A stretch of DNA of 62,660 bases from Bdellovibrionota bacterium (GTDB taxonomy: Bacteria > Bdellovibrionota_C > UBA2361 > JBGSMV01). This document shows positions 1 through 8,920 of the stretch, piece after piece. Position numbers and translations under genes: made by a program. Positions within the stretch are counted from its first letter, which is position 1. Each line of letters opens with the position of its first letter. The stretch is from assembly GCA_044356455.1 (NCBI GenBank), contig JBIKWF010000011.1, forward strand, positions 1 to 62,660. Direction: 5' to 3'. The notes under the pieces are model-generated. The model made no database searches. It was given only the letters and a program-made list of their open reading frames with translations, and was not told the DNA's origin.

Positions 1-2
1 GC

Positions 3-581
3 ATGTGTGATGTGGCTGTTATTACGAAGGACGATGCAATCGATCTTTCCCTCACGGGTCCTATCGCACGCGCTTCGGGTGTGAACTACGATGTGCGGAA
101 GATGTTTCCGTATTCCTCTTACCAAGATTTTGAGTTCGAAGTGCCCCTGGGAAGTAAGGGCGATAACTACGATCGCTTTCAAGTCCGCTTGCTTGAGCTA
201 GAGCAATCTATTCGCATTTGCGAGCAGGCACTGAAGAACCTTCCCGAAGGCCCGATAGGAGTTGACGATCCGAAGGTGATGCTTGCTCCGAAGGATGAGG
301 TGTATAACTCGATCGACGGGATGATTAATCATTTTGAAGTGGTAATTAAGGGTGTTCAGCCCCCTAAGGGTGATGTGTATCTACCCGTGGAAGGTGGCAA
401 CGGTGAGCTTGGCTTTTATACCGTTTCTGATGGCACAGGAAAGCCGTACCGAGTCCATGTGCGGGCACCATCTTTTATCAACATGGGCGCCATGAAAAAG
501 ATGCTGCTTGGGTATTCGATTGCGGATGTTGTTCCGACCTTCGGAATGATCAACATGATCGGTGGAGAGTGTGATCGATGA
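3..581 (+). CDS. nuoD: NADH-quinone oxidoreductase subunit D (C-terminal part; 5' end outside window)
   Basis: TGPIARASGVNYDVRK, EGGNGELG, RVHVRAPSF and terminal GGECDR motifs; first gene of the nuo run. Confidence 0.95.
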   Translation: MCDVAVITKDDAIDLSLTGPIARASGVNYDVRKMFPYSSYQDFEFEVPLGSKGDNYDRFQVRLLELEQSIRICEQALKNLPEGPIGVDDPKVMLAPKDEVYNSIDGMINHFEVVIKGVQPPKGDVYLPVEGGNGELGFYTVSDGTGKPYRVHVRAPSFINMGAMKKMLLGYSIADVVPTFGMINMIGGECDR

Positions 582-703
582 ATTTTTGCGTGCGCTGCAT
601 ACTACACAGCGAACGCGTCGGTTATTGAGTTTCGTAACGCTTAAGCCTCTGTCGGAAGTTCCTGTTTGGGCAGTTCTTGGTTGGGCGAGTGCAGGGAGGA
701 AGT

Positions 704-1396
704 GTGAGTAACGGGTCCGCAAAGTTAACAATTCATCCGGGAAGCAGTAATTCAGGTGGCAGTAATTCAGGTGGCAGTCATTCAGGTGGCAGTCATTCAG
801 GTGGCAGTCATTCAGGTAATGGCGATAATGCTGCCGCTCTAACAAAGGCAATTTCTGCAAAGGCAGCTGAGCGCCTTGCCGTGATTAAAAAGAGGTACCC
901 CGACCCAAAATCAGCGGTCATGGCGGCCCTCTATCTGGCTCAGGAAGAAGTGGGCTTTATTAATCAGACGGCACTTGAGTGGGTTTCTGCGCAGCTTGAT
1001 ATGCCTCTCATTCACGTGCAAGAGGTCGCCACCTTCTACACCATGTATTACAAGCGCCCCGTGGGGAAATACCACTTCCAGGTTTGCCGGACGCTTTCCT
1101 GTGCTCTTCGTGGTTCAAAGCAGCTCTCTGAGATGTTGCACAAGCGTTTCCATGTTGGTCCCCAAGAAGTAACTGCGGATGGCATGTGGAGCTTCGAGGA
1201 GGTTGAGTGTCTCGGCTCGTGTGGCACTGCTCCTATGTGCGAAGTGAACGATCACTACTTCGAGAATCTTACTCCCGAAAAACTCGAGGCCATTATTCAA
1301 CGGATTGAAAAAGAGAAACCTGACCTGCGCCTTTCAACAGTGAAGGATGAGTTGGGTGAGGGTCTTAAGGGCCATGCAAAGTCAGAAATAATCTAG
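704..1396 (+). CDS. nuoE: NADH-quinone oxidoreductase subunit E
   Basis: VATFYTMY, CRTLSC and CLGSC 2Fe-2S ligands. GTG at 704 follows GGAGGA (695-700); the ORF track starts at 677. Confidence 0.93.
   Translation: MSNGSAKLTIHPGSSNSGGSNSGGSHSGGSHSGGSHSGNGDNAAALTKAISAKAAERLAVIKKRYPDPKSAVMAALYLAQEEVGFINQTALEWVSAQLDMPLIHVQEVATFYTMYYKRPVGKYHFQVCRTLSCALRGSKQLSEMLHKRFHVGPQEVTADGMWSFEEVECLGSCGTAPMCEVNDHYFENLTPEKLEAIIQRIEKEKPDLRLSTVKDELGEGLKGHAKSEII
746..820 (+). repeat. 15-bp tandem repeat x5 inside the nuoE 5' end
   Basis: AGTAATTCAGGTGGC x2, AGTCATTCAGGTGGC x2, AGTCATTCAGGTAAT; encodes (SNSGG)2(SHSGG)2SHSGN. Confidence 0.95.
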
Positions 1397-1418
1397 GGAA
1401 GGGTGCTGGGAACGTCGT

Positions 1419-2735
1419 ATGGGTAAGCATCGTCAGGTACTACTAAAGAACATTCATCACGCAGATCAGTATACGCTTGCGGGCTATGAAAGCCGCGGCG
1501 GGTACTCGACCATTCGCAAGGTTTTGGGAATGGACCCGCTCAAAGTGGTCGATGAAGTAAAGAAATCTGGACTTCGAGGCCGTGGAGGCGCCGGCTTTTC
1601 CGCAGGACAAAAATGGAGCTTCATCCCGCGCAATTCTGGTAAGCCCATTTACGTGGTGCAGAATGCTGACGAATCAGAGCCAGGCACTTTTAAAGATAGA
1701 TTGCTTCTTGAGAAAGACCCGCATCTTGTTATCGAGGGGCAGCTCATTTGCTCTTGGGCGGTGCAGAGCAATTTCTCGGTAGTGTATATCCGCGGAGAAT
1801 ACGCCTACCCCTATATCAGAATTCAGCGCGCCATAGATGAGGCCTATGCCAAGGGATATCTGGGAGAAAACATCTTTGGAAGTGGCTTTACGCACCACAT
1901 GATTGTTCATCGTGGAGCGGGTGCCTATATCTGCGGAGAGGAAACAGCTCTTCTTAATTCTCTTGAAGGAAAGAAGGGGCAGCCGCGTTTGAAGCCGCCA
2001 TTTTATCCGGCAGCCATTGGACTCTACAACGCGCCCACCGTGGTAAATAACACCGAAACGCTTGCGGCCTGTGTGCCCATCCTTGAGCAGGGGGGTGAGT
2101 GGTACGCGTCTATTGGTACGCCAAAATCGACGGGAACCAAGCTTTTAAGTGCCTCGGGACACATTAACAAACCAGGCGTATACGAAGTAGAAATGGGCTA
2201 TCCAATTCTTCAGTTTATAGAGGAAGAATGTGGCGGGGTTTGGAAATCACGAGCGCTCAAGGGCGTGATTCCCGGCGGTTCGTCTATGCCAGTGCTGCGT
2301 GCCGATGAACTGGCAGGGGTGACTCTCGATTATGAATCACTGGTGAAGGCAGGGTCTCACATGGGCTCAGGCGGTTTCATGGTGATGGATGAAACCACGG
2401 ATATGGTTGAGGCGGCGCTTAATGTGGCGCACTTTTATGCGCATGAATCTTGTGGTCAGTGCACGCCATGCCGAGAAGGTGGTCACTGGGTCCAAAAGAT
2501 CTTTAACCGTATTTCTCGTGGGAAGGGGCTCCCGGGTGACGTGCAACTTGTTGAAAGCGTGTGCAGCCAGATTGCGGGGCACACTATCTGTGCCTTTGGT
2601 GAGGCGTTGTCGTGGCCTGCGCAAGCTTTTGTAAGAAAGTTTCCTGAAGAATTTAAGGGACGAATTCTTGAGGCAGTGGAGGGGAAAGTTATTCCACGCG
2701 AGACACTGAACTTCGTCCACGAGGGAGCGCACTGA
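1419..2735 (+). CDS. nuoF: NADH-quinone oxidoreductase subunit F
   Basis: SGLRGRGGAGF, NADESEPGTFKDR, GAGAYICGEETAL, ESCGQCTPCREG...C. Confidence 0.97.
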   Translation: MGKHRQVLLKNIHHADQYTLAGYESRGGYSTIRKVLGMDPLKVVDEVKKSGLRGRGGAGFSAGQKWSFIPRNSGKPIYVVQNADESEPGTFKDRLLLEKDPHLVIEGQLICSWAVQSNFSVVYIRGEYAYPYIRIQRAIDEAYAKGYLGENIFGSGFTHHMIVHRGAGAYICGEETALLNSLEGKKGQPRLKPPFYPAAIGLYNAPTVVNNTETLAACVPILEQGGEWYASIGTPKSTGTKLLSASGHINKPGVYEVEMGYPILQFIEEECGGVWKSRALKGVIPGGSSMPVLRADELAGVTLDYESLVKAGSHMGSGGFMVMDETTDMVEAALNVAHFYAHESCGQCTPCREGGHWVQKIFNRISRGKGLPGDVQLVESVCSQIAGHTICAFGEALSWPAQAFVRKFPEEFKGRILEAVEGKVIPRETLNFVHEGAH

Positions 2736-2738
2736 GTC

Positions 2739-4460
2739 ATGACTACTTCAACTACTTCAGATCCGAAGTCAGCGGCGATGAACACCGCAGCAGCTTCTCA
2801 AGAGATGGTGAGCCTTACGATTGATGGCAAGGCGGTGCGTGTTCCCAAAGGGACCAATCTTATTGAGGCGGCCAAAACAGCAGGGATAGATATTCCATTT
2901 TATTGCTACCATCCCCATCTCTCGGTAGCCGGCAATTGCCGCATGTGCCAAGTGAAGGTAAAGGGCGCTCCGAAACTTGATATCGCTTGTAATACGGCGG
3001 TGCGCGAAGGGATGGATGTTTCGACTCATCATACCTCAAAAGAAGTTGACGATGCACAAGCGGCAACTCTTGAGTTTATCCTTATCAACCATCCCCTTGA
3101 TTGCACGGTTTGTGATCAGGCGGGGCATTGTAAACTTCAGGATTATCACTTTGATTACAATGCGCGGCCGAGCCGGTTCCTTGAAGAAAAGGAACATAAG
3201 GTAAAGGCAACGCCTCTTGGGCCGACCGTAATGTTGGACGGAGAGCGCTGTATTATGTGCACGCGCTGCGTACGGTTCTGTGATGAGGTAACCAAGACCT
3301 CTGAGTTAGGGATGCTGAACCGAGGCGACCGTTCGGTAATTGCGGTGAATCCCGGGAAGGAACTCACCAATCCACTCTCTGGGACGGTGGTGGATCTTTG
3401 TCCCGTAGGGGCGCTTACGCATCGCGAGTGGAGATTTAACACGCGCATCTGGTTCACCAAGGAAACCGAGAGTATCTGCCCTGGTTGCTCAACTGGTTGC
3501 AATGTAAAAGTTGCGGTGCGCGACGAGCAGGTAGTGCAGGTTAAGGGGCGCCAGAACCAAGCGGTAAACAAGGAATGGCTCTGCGATGAGGGGCGTTATG
3601 GCTTCATGCGATTTTTGCCCTCTGAGCGGCTAACCTCCCCAGTAATCGATGGCAAAGCAGTTTCTTGGGAAGTGGCGCTTAAGGAGGCGAAGCGGGCTTT
3701 TGCTGAAGATACCCTGGTATTCCTTGATCCCGCTCTTCTCCTCGAAGAGTACACCTGGGCCAAAGTGCTTCTATCGAAGTCGATGCCAAAGCATAAGGCC
3801 GTGCTAGCCTACCGCGAGCGCAGCCTCACGCCCGTCGAATCCATCCTCGTGAGCCCCGACTACGCGGCGAATTTTCGTGGCGCTGAATTCTCGGGAGTCG
3901 TGGCAGGAAATCTGCAGGCTCAGTACGAAGAAGCACTTCAAACAGTGCGTAGCGGAAGCGCGAAAAGCGTGCTCCTGATAGGACAAGGAGCGGTGATGGC
4001 AAAAGATGTTGATGCCGCGTTCCTTGCTGGGCTTGGGCGTGCGACTTTCTCCGTAGGTATGCTCACCGATGCGAAGTCTCCGCTTGTAAGTGCGCTAAAG
4101 GTAGTGCTCCCTGGGCGCAGCATCCTAGAGAAGTCGGGACTGCTCGTTAATCGCAAGTCCCGTTTGCAATATGCAGACCGCGTGATTGATGCCCCAGTAG
4201 GAACCGAACCTGAGTGGCGGCTCATAGGTCGACTTGCAGGGGAGTTCGGATTTAAGCCGATGGGCTCACAGGTTCCGGCAACGGACAGAGACGCAACACT
4301 TGCCTTTCTCTCAGCCGAAGCGCGGCTTGCGGGTCTTAAGATTATGAACATTAAACAGGGCGGAATTGACCTTACTCAATTCTCTCCCGGGGCTGGTTCC
4401 GCAGTAGGTTCCGGAGTTCAGGGTGTGGGCGCTTCGGCTAGTGGTGGAGCGGTAGCGTAA
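2739..4460 (+). CDS. nuoG: NADH-quinone oxidoreductase subunit G (short form)
   Basis: FYCYHP..GNCRMC (N1b), NHPLDCTVCDQAGHC (N5), CIMCTRCVRFC..DLCPVGAL (N4), CPGCSTGC..C (N7). Confidence 0.93.
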   Translation: MTTSTTSDPKSAAMNTAAASQEMVSLTIDGKAVRVPKGTNLIEAAKTAGIDIPFYCYHPHLSVAGNCRMCQVKVKGAPKLDIACNTAVREGMDVSTHHTSKEVDDAQAATLEFILINHPLDCTVCDQAGHCKLQDYHFDYNARPSRFLEEKEHKVKATPLGPTVMLDGERCIMCTRCVRFCDEVTKTSELGMLNRGDRSVIAVNPGKELTNPLSGTVVDLCPVGALTHREWRFNTRIWFTKETESICPGCSTGCNVKVAVRDEQVVQVKGRQNQAVNKEWLCDEGRYGFMRFLPSERLTSPVIDGKAVSWEVALKEAKRAFAEDTLVFLDPALLLEEYTWAKVLLSKSMPKHKAVLAYRERSLTPVESILVSPDYAANFRGAEFSGVVAGNLQAQYEEALQTVRSGSAKSVLLIGQGAVMAKDVDAAFLAGLGRATFSVGMLTDAKSPLVSALKVVLPGRSILEKSGLLVNRKSRLQYADRVIDAPVGTEPEWRLIGRLAGEFGFKPMGSQVPATDRDATLAFLSAEARLAGLKIMNIKQGGIDLTQFSPGAGSAVGSGVQGVGASASGGAVA

Positions 4461-4470
4461 GAATGGCGAA

Positions 4471-4539
4471 CCCTTTGTGGTCTATGTGGCCTTAGTGGTT
4501 GTTCTCTTTAGCCACGAAGACCACAGAGACCACAAAGGG
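4471..4539. repeat. Imperfect palindrome of 9-bp units (REP-like, related to the MITE core) between nuoG and nuoH
   Basis: CCCTTTGTGGTCTATGTGGCCTTAGTGGTT...AGCCACGAAGACCACAGAGACCACAAAGGG. Confidence 0.8.
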
Positions 4540-4568
4540 GGTAAGCCAAATTTTGGGGCAGTGTACGT

Positions 4569-5852
4569 ATGGGAATTGAATTCCTGATTTTGTTCCTCCA
4601 AGTTTTTGTCGTCTTTAATGTGGCGATGGGGATGTCGGCTTTTTGTACCTGGGTGGAGCGAAAAGGATCTGCTCTGATACAAGATCGCATCGGTGCAAAT
4701 CGCGCGGGGGCCTTCTACCAAGTAGAGAATCCGTTGCTTGCCGGAGCCTTGCTTGGAAGCCGCGTCGGGGGAATTGTGCTCCTTCTCGTTGCGGTATCGT
4801 TACTTGTCATAGGGCAGGGAACTTCCGGATTTGCAAAAGCGCTCCCTGATGCGTCCTTCCTATTAGCAGGAGCAGTCGTTGGCTTTTTGATGTTTGCTCT
4901 TTCTATGGTCCCCGTTCTCATTAGAGGGCTTGGGATTTTGGGAGTGATTAACACGCTGGTATGTGATGCCGTCAAAGCCCTCACCAAGGAAGATTTTATT
5001 CCGACGGGGGTTTCACCTTTCCTGCACGCCCTTGCTCCAATTCTTGCCGCTCTTCCGATTTTCTTGGCTTTTTCTGTGGTTCCCTTGGCGCCCGATTTCG
5101 AAGTTTTCGGGTACGTGATTCGGCCTCAGGTTGCCCAGCTTAACGCCGGCATTCTCTTCTTCCTCGCCATGGGTTCTATGGCGGTGTACGGAGTCGCCCT
5201 GGCCGGGTGGACGAGTAACAATAAGTTTTCACTTCTTGGAAGTTTGCGGGCCTCGGCCCAGATGATTTCGTATGAGCTCGCCCTAGGAGTGGCGATTGTC
5301 ACGGCGATACTCATGTACGGGACTCTTGACCTCTATGAGATGGTGCAAGGTCAAAGCCAAACGTGGGGAGCTCTGCAGAATCCCTTCATGTTTATTGCCT
5401 GTATCATATTCTTTGTAGCGGGAATGGCAGAAACGAAGCGCGGCCCGTTCGATCTTCCTGAAAGTGAGTCCGAGCTTGTGGCAGGGTATTTCACTGAATA
5501 CTCAGGTATGAAGTTTCTGCTTTTCTGGATGGGTGAGTTCACTGAAATTGCCCTCTTTGCTCTCGTCCTTGCGCTTGTGTTCTTTGGTGGCTGGCATCCG
5601 CTCCCTTTCTTTGGGAACTTGTTCACTGACTTTATCGCCTTCCCCGAGAACTCTTGGGTAGGGGCGCTTGTGGGCCATGCCATTTTGATGGGCAAGGTTA
5701 TTTTCTTGTGCGTGCTGCAGATTGTCATTCGTTGGACCTTGCCGCGCTTTCGCTATGACCAGTTGATGGATCTCGGGTGGAAGTGGCTGCTTGAGATTGG
5801 CTTTCTTAATCTTATGCTTTTGGGCGCCTTTAAGCTGCTTGGGTACTGTTAA
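4569..5852 (+). CDS. nuoH: NADH-quinone oxidoreductase subunit H
   Basis: ERKGSALIQDRIGANR, SLRASAQMISYE, RGPFDLPESESELVAGYFTEYSG, IRWTLPRFRYDQLM. Confidence 0.96.
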   Translation: MGIEFLILFLQVFVVFNVAMGMSAFCTWVERKGSALIQDRIGANRAGAFYQVENPLLAGALLGSRVGGIVLLLVAVSLLVIGQGTSGFAKALPDASFLLAGAVVGFLMFALSMVPVLIRGLGILGVINTLVCDAVKALTKEDFIPTGVSPFLHALAPILAALPIFLAFSVVPLAPDFEVFGYVIRPQVAQLNAGILFFLAMGSMAVYGVALAGWTSNNKFSLLGSLRASAQMISYELALGVAIVTAILMYGTLDLYEMVQGQSQTWGALQNPFMFIACIIFFVAGMAETKRGPFDLPESESELVAGYFTEYSGMKFLLFWMGEFTEIALFALVLALVFFGGWHPLPFFGNLFTDFIAFPENSWVGALVGHAILMGKVIFLCVLQIVIRWTLPRFRYDQLMDLGWKWLLEIGFLNLMLLGAFKLLGYC

Positions 5853-5867
5853 GGAGTTATACCTCTT

Positions 5868-6419
5868 ATGTTGATTGTATTTACCTTGGCCGCGCTCCTG
5901 ACTGTCGCATCTGCGGTAGGGGTCATCGCCTTTAAGAACCCCATCCACAGCGCCTTAAGCCTGGTCGCTAACCTCCTTGGTGTGGCAGCGCTTTTTGCTG
6001 CACTTGAGGCACATTTCCTTGCCGCAGTTCAGATCATCGTATACGCGGGCGCTATCATGGTGCTTGTTCTCTTCATGCTTATGCTCCTTAACGTTAAGAC
6101 GGAGCGAAGAACCAAGAGAGAAAACTTTCTCACACTTATCGCAGTGCTTTCCGGACTAGGGTTTGTAGCGTTTGTTGTGCCTCTCGTACATGACGCGTTT
6201 CTTAGTCTCCCTTCACATGGATTGGCCTCCCAGGGGACTCCCCAAGGGGCGGGTCTTTCTGCCGTCCCCGAACTTCAGGGTACGGTCCAGGATATAGGAA
6301 TGAAGCTCTTCACTGAATACATGTTTCTCTTCCAGGCCTCGGGCGTGTTGCTCATGACCGCTATTGCGGGAGCAGTCATGCTGGCAAAGCGTTCTTATGG
6401 GGGCAGTGCCCAGAAATAG
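5868..6419 (+). CDS. nuoJ: NADH-quinone oxidoreductase subunit J
   Basis: NPIHSALSL, QIIVYAGAIMVLVLF; operon position. Confidence 0.94.
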   Translation: MLIVFTLAALLTVASAVGVIAFKNPIHSALSLVANLLGVAALFAALEAHFLAAVQIIVYAGAIMVLVLFMLMLLNVKTERRTKRENFLTLIAVLSGLGFVAFVVPLVHDAFLSLPSHGLASQGTPQGAGLSAVPELQGTVQDIGMKLFTEYMFLFQASGVLLMTAIAGAVMLAKRSYGGSAQK

Positions 6420-6474
6420 CGCATGAGGGATGACGCCGGTGGAGTGGCCGGTGGGGGCGTAACATTTTAGAGGG

Positions 6475-6789
6475 ATGGGTCTTCACATGATTCCAGTTAG
6501 TTTGTGTCTGACGCTAAGTGCGGTGCTTTTTACGCTTGGTGTGGTCGGCGTGATTGTACGTCGTAATGTGATAGTCGCCTTCATGTGTATTGAACTGATG
6601 CTCAACGCGGTCAACTTGAGCTTTGTGGCATTGTCTCGTTCGGTAGGAAATCTTGACGGCCAGCTCTCTGTTTTTTTTGTGATGGTGGTGGCTGCGGCTG
6701 AAGCTGCGGTTGGTTTAGCAATTATTATTTCAGTGTTTCGGTCCATGCAGTCGCTTGAGAACACTGAGATGGCGGATCTTAAGAACTAA
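6475..6789 (+). CDS. nuoK: NADH-quinone oxidoreductase subunit K
   Basis: [32 protein letters not shown]. Confidence 0.96.
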   Translation: MGLHMIPVSLCLTLSAVLFTLGVVGVIVRRNVIVAFMCIELMLNAVNLSFVALSRSVGNLDGQLSVFFVMVVAAAEAAVGLAIIISVFRSMQSLENTEMADLKN

Positions 6790-6792
6790 TTG

Positions 6793-6862
6793 TCCTCCTT
6801 AGAGGTCTTAGTGGTCTTAGTGGTTGTCATAATCCGAACCACTAAGACCACTAAGGTGAGGA
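6793..6862. repeat. REP-like palindrome of 9-bp units between nuoK and nuoL
   Basis: CTTAGAGGTCTTAGTGGTCTTAGTGGTT...AACCACTAAGACCACTAAGG. Confidence 0.8.
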
Positions 6863-6917
6863 GAAATTGCTGGGTATAGTGCGTCCCATCGGGCGCAGGT
6901 AATAGGGATTTGGATTT

Positions 6918-8918
6918 ATGCAGGCAACTCTTTGGCTTATTCCAGCGCTTCCGCTGTTAGGTGCGGCGCTCGCCTTTGTGATTGGCAAACAAATGAGGGA
7001 CGCAGCGGGTTGGATAGCAACGGCCGCTTCCGCCTTGGCTTTCTTATGGACGCTTAAGCTTTTCTTTGGTCTCTCAGCTTCTCCCGGGGGAGTTTTCGAG
7101 GATTTGGTTTTTCCCTGGATCCATATCGGAACTCTTAAGCTTGATTTCCTGCTGCGTTTCGATGCCCTTACCGCGGTGATGTGTTTAGTAGTAACTGGAG
7201 TAGGGAGCCTTATCCACCTTTACTCAATTGCCTATATGGCTGAGGAGGAGTTCAGGCACCGCTTTTTCTCTTACCTCAATCTTTTCATGTTCTCGATGCT
7301 CGTGCTTGTACTCGCAGGCAATCTTCCTGTGCTTTTTGTGGGCTGGGAAGGTGTAGGGCTTTGCTCATACCTGCTTATTGGATTCTGGTTCAAGAATACG
7401 AGCTACGCATCTGCAGGAAGAAAGGCATTTGTAGTGAACCGCATTGGTGATGCGGGGTTTTTGCTCGGTATGTTTCTCTTGTTCCAGGAATTTGGAACCC
7501 TCGACTTCGCAGAACTTCAGGCGGGGCTCGTTGCAGCTCCTCTTGCGGCAGGGCTCGCCACCATTATCGCCATGTGCTTTTTTGTCGGAGCTACAGGTAA
7601 GTCTGCGCAAATTCCGCTTTTTGTGTGGTTGCCTGATGCGATGGCCGGCCCCACGCCAGTCTCCGCACTTATCCACGCGGCTACCATGGTGACGGCGGGT
7701 GTGTACCTTTTTGCGCGCATGCACTTTCTGTTCGACTTGGCGCCGGATGCCATGCTGGTAGTGGCCTCAGTCGCGGTGCTCACCGCTTTTGTGGCGGCTA
7801 CGACGGCGGTAACTCAGAACGACATCAAAAAGGTTCTGGCCTATTCAACCGTGAGCCAGCTTGGGTTCATGTTTGTTGCTGCTGCAGTGGGAGCTTACTG
7901 GGTCGCTATCTTCCACGTAGTGACGCATGCGTTTTTTAAGGCCTGCCTGTTCCTTGGGGCAGGGTCCGTTATCCACGGCTGTCATCATGAGCAAGATATG
8001 CGCAAGATGGGTGGGCTTTGGAAGAAGATGCCTATTACGGCCTGGACTTACCTTATCTCAACGCTTGCGATTGCCGGGATTGCTCCGCTTTCTGGGTATT
8101 ACTCTAAACACGCCATTCTTGAGTCGCTGAACGGTAATTCCAATTCATTTCTAGCGCAGTCCTTTTTATTCGGTACGTATACGTCGGTTTTTGGATTGGT
8201 ACTGAATCTTACCGCTCTCTGCACCGCCTTTTACATGATGCGTTCCTTTGCCATGACCTTTATGGGCGAATATCGAGGCGGGCATTCGCATGCACATGCT
8301 TCACATGACGATTCCGCTCACAGTGCGGGGCATGATCATCATGACGGTCATGACCACGACGAGGGACATGCCCACGAGCCACATGAATCTCCTTGGAAGA
8401 TGACCCTTCCTCTCGTGGTGCTCGCGGCTCTTGCGGTGGTGGCAGGTCTCGCGCTGGGCGGACAAATCTCTCATGGCGCATATTCGCTGCAGGCGTATTT
8501 GCAGCCAGTGGTGCCAAGTCATGCACATGAGCATGGGGAGTCTCTCCTGGCGGCTCTGGCACATTCCTGGGTCGGTATTCTGGGCGTCGTGCTAGGAGTT
8601 CTGTTTTACACTTCTCTAAGCTCAGTCCCAGGAGTGCTTGCCCGCTCTCTGGCGCCGCTTACCAAGCTCTCTCAGGGGAAGTGGTTCTTTGATGAGGTTT
8701 ATTCGTTCCTCCTTATTCGGCCCCTCGAAGGCATGGCGCGCTTCCTGTGGCGCGGAGTCGATCAGGGCGTAATTGATGGAACAGTGAACGGCACTGCGGC
8801 AGTTATCGATATGAGCGGCGAGATTACGCGCCACACGCAGACAGGTCAGATTCGGCACTATGCGCTCTTTATGTTTATTGGCACGGTAGTTGTTATTACC
8901 TTCTACATGGTGATGTAG
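6918..8918 (+). CDS. nuoL: NADH-quinone oxidoreductase subunit L
   Basis: GWEGVGLCSYLLIGFW, KSAQIPLFVWLPDAMAGPTPVSALIHAATMV, DIKKVLAYSTVSQLG. Confidence 0.97.
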   Translation: MQATLWLIPALPLLGAALAFVIGKQMRDAAGWIATAASALAFLWTLKLFFGLSASPGGVFEDLVFPWIHIGTLKLDFLLRFDALTAVMCLVVTGVGSLIHLYSIAYMAEEEFRHRFFSYLNLFMFSMLVLVLAGNLPVLFVGWEGVGLCSYLLIGFWFKNTSYASAGRKAFVVNRIGDAGFLLGMFLLFQEFGTLDFAELQAGLVAAPLAAGLATIIAMCFFVGATGKSAQIPLFVWLPDAMAGPTPVSALIHAATMVTAGVYLFARMHFLFDLAPDAMLVVASVAVLTAFVAATTAVTQNDIKKVLAYSTVSQLGFMFVAAAVGAYWVAIFHVVTHAFFKACLFLGAGSVIHGCHHEQDMRKMGGLWKKMPITAWTYLISTLAIAGIAPLSGYYSKHAILESLNGNSNSFLAQSFLFGTYTSVFGLVLNLTALCTAFYMMRSFAMTFMGEYRGGHSHAHASHDDSAHSAGHDHHDGHDHDEGHAHEPHESPWKMTLPLVVLAALAVVAGLALGGQISHGAYSLQAYLQPVVPSHAHEHGESLLAALAHSWVGILGVVLGVLFYTSLSSVPGVLARSLAPLTKLSQGKWFFDEVYSFLLIRPLEGMARFLWRGVDQGVIDGTVNGTAAVIDMSGEITRHTQTGQIRHYALFMFIGTVVVITFYMVM

Positions 8919-8920
8919 TC

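Noticed and set aside
381..860. Minus-strand ORF with HLNDC repeats, and other antisense ORFs nested in long genes
   Set aside because: Shadow frames of well-supported genes; the repeat is the nuoE VNTR read backwards
2739..4460. nuoG as a truncated pseudogene
   Set aside because: All Fe-S motifs are intact in a continuous frame, and short NuoG forms are known
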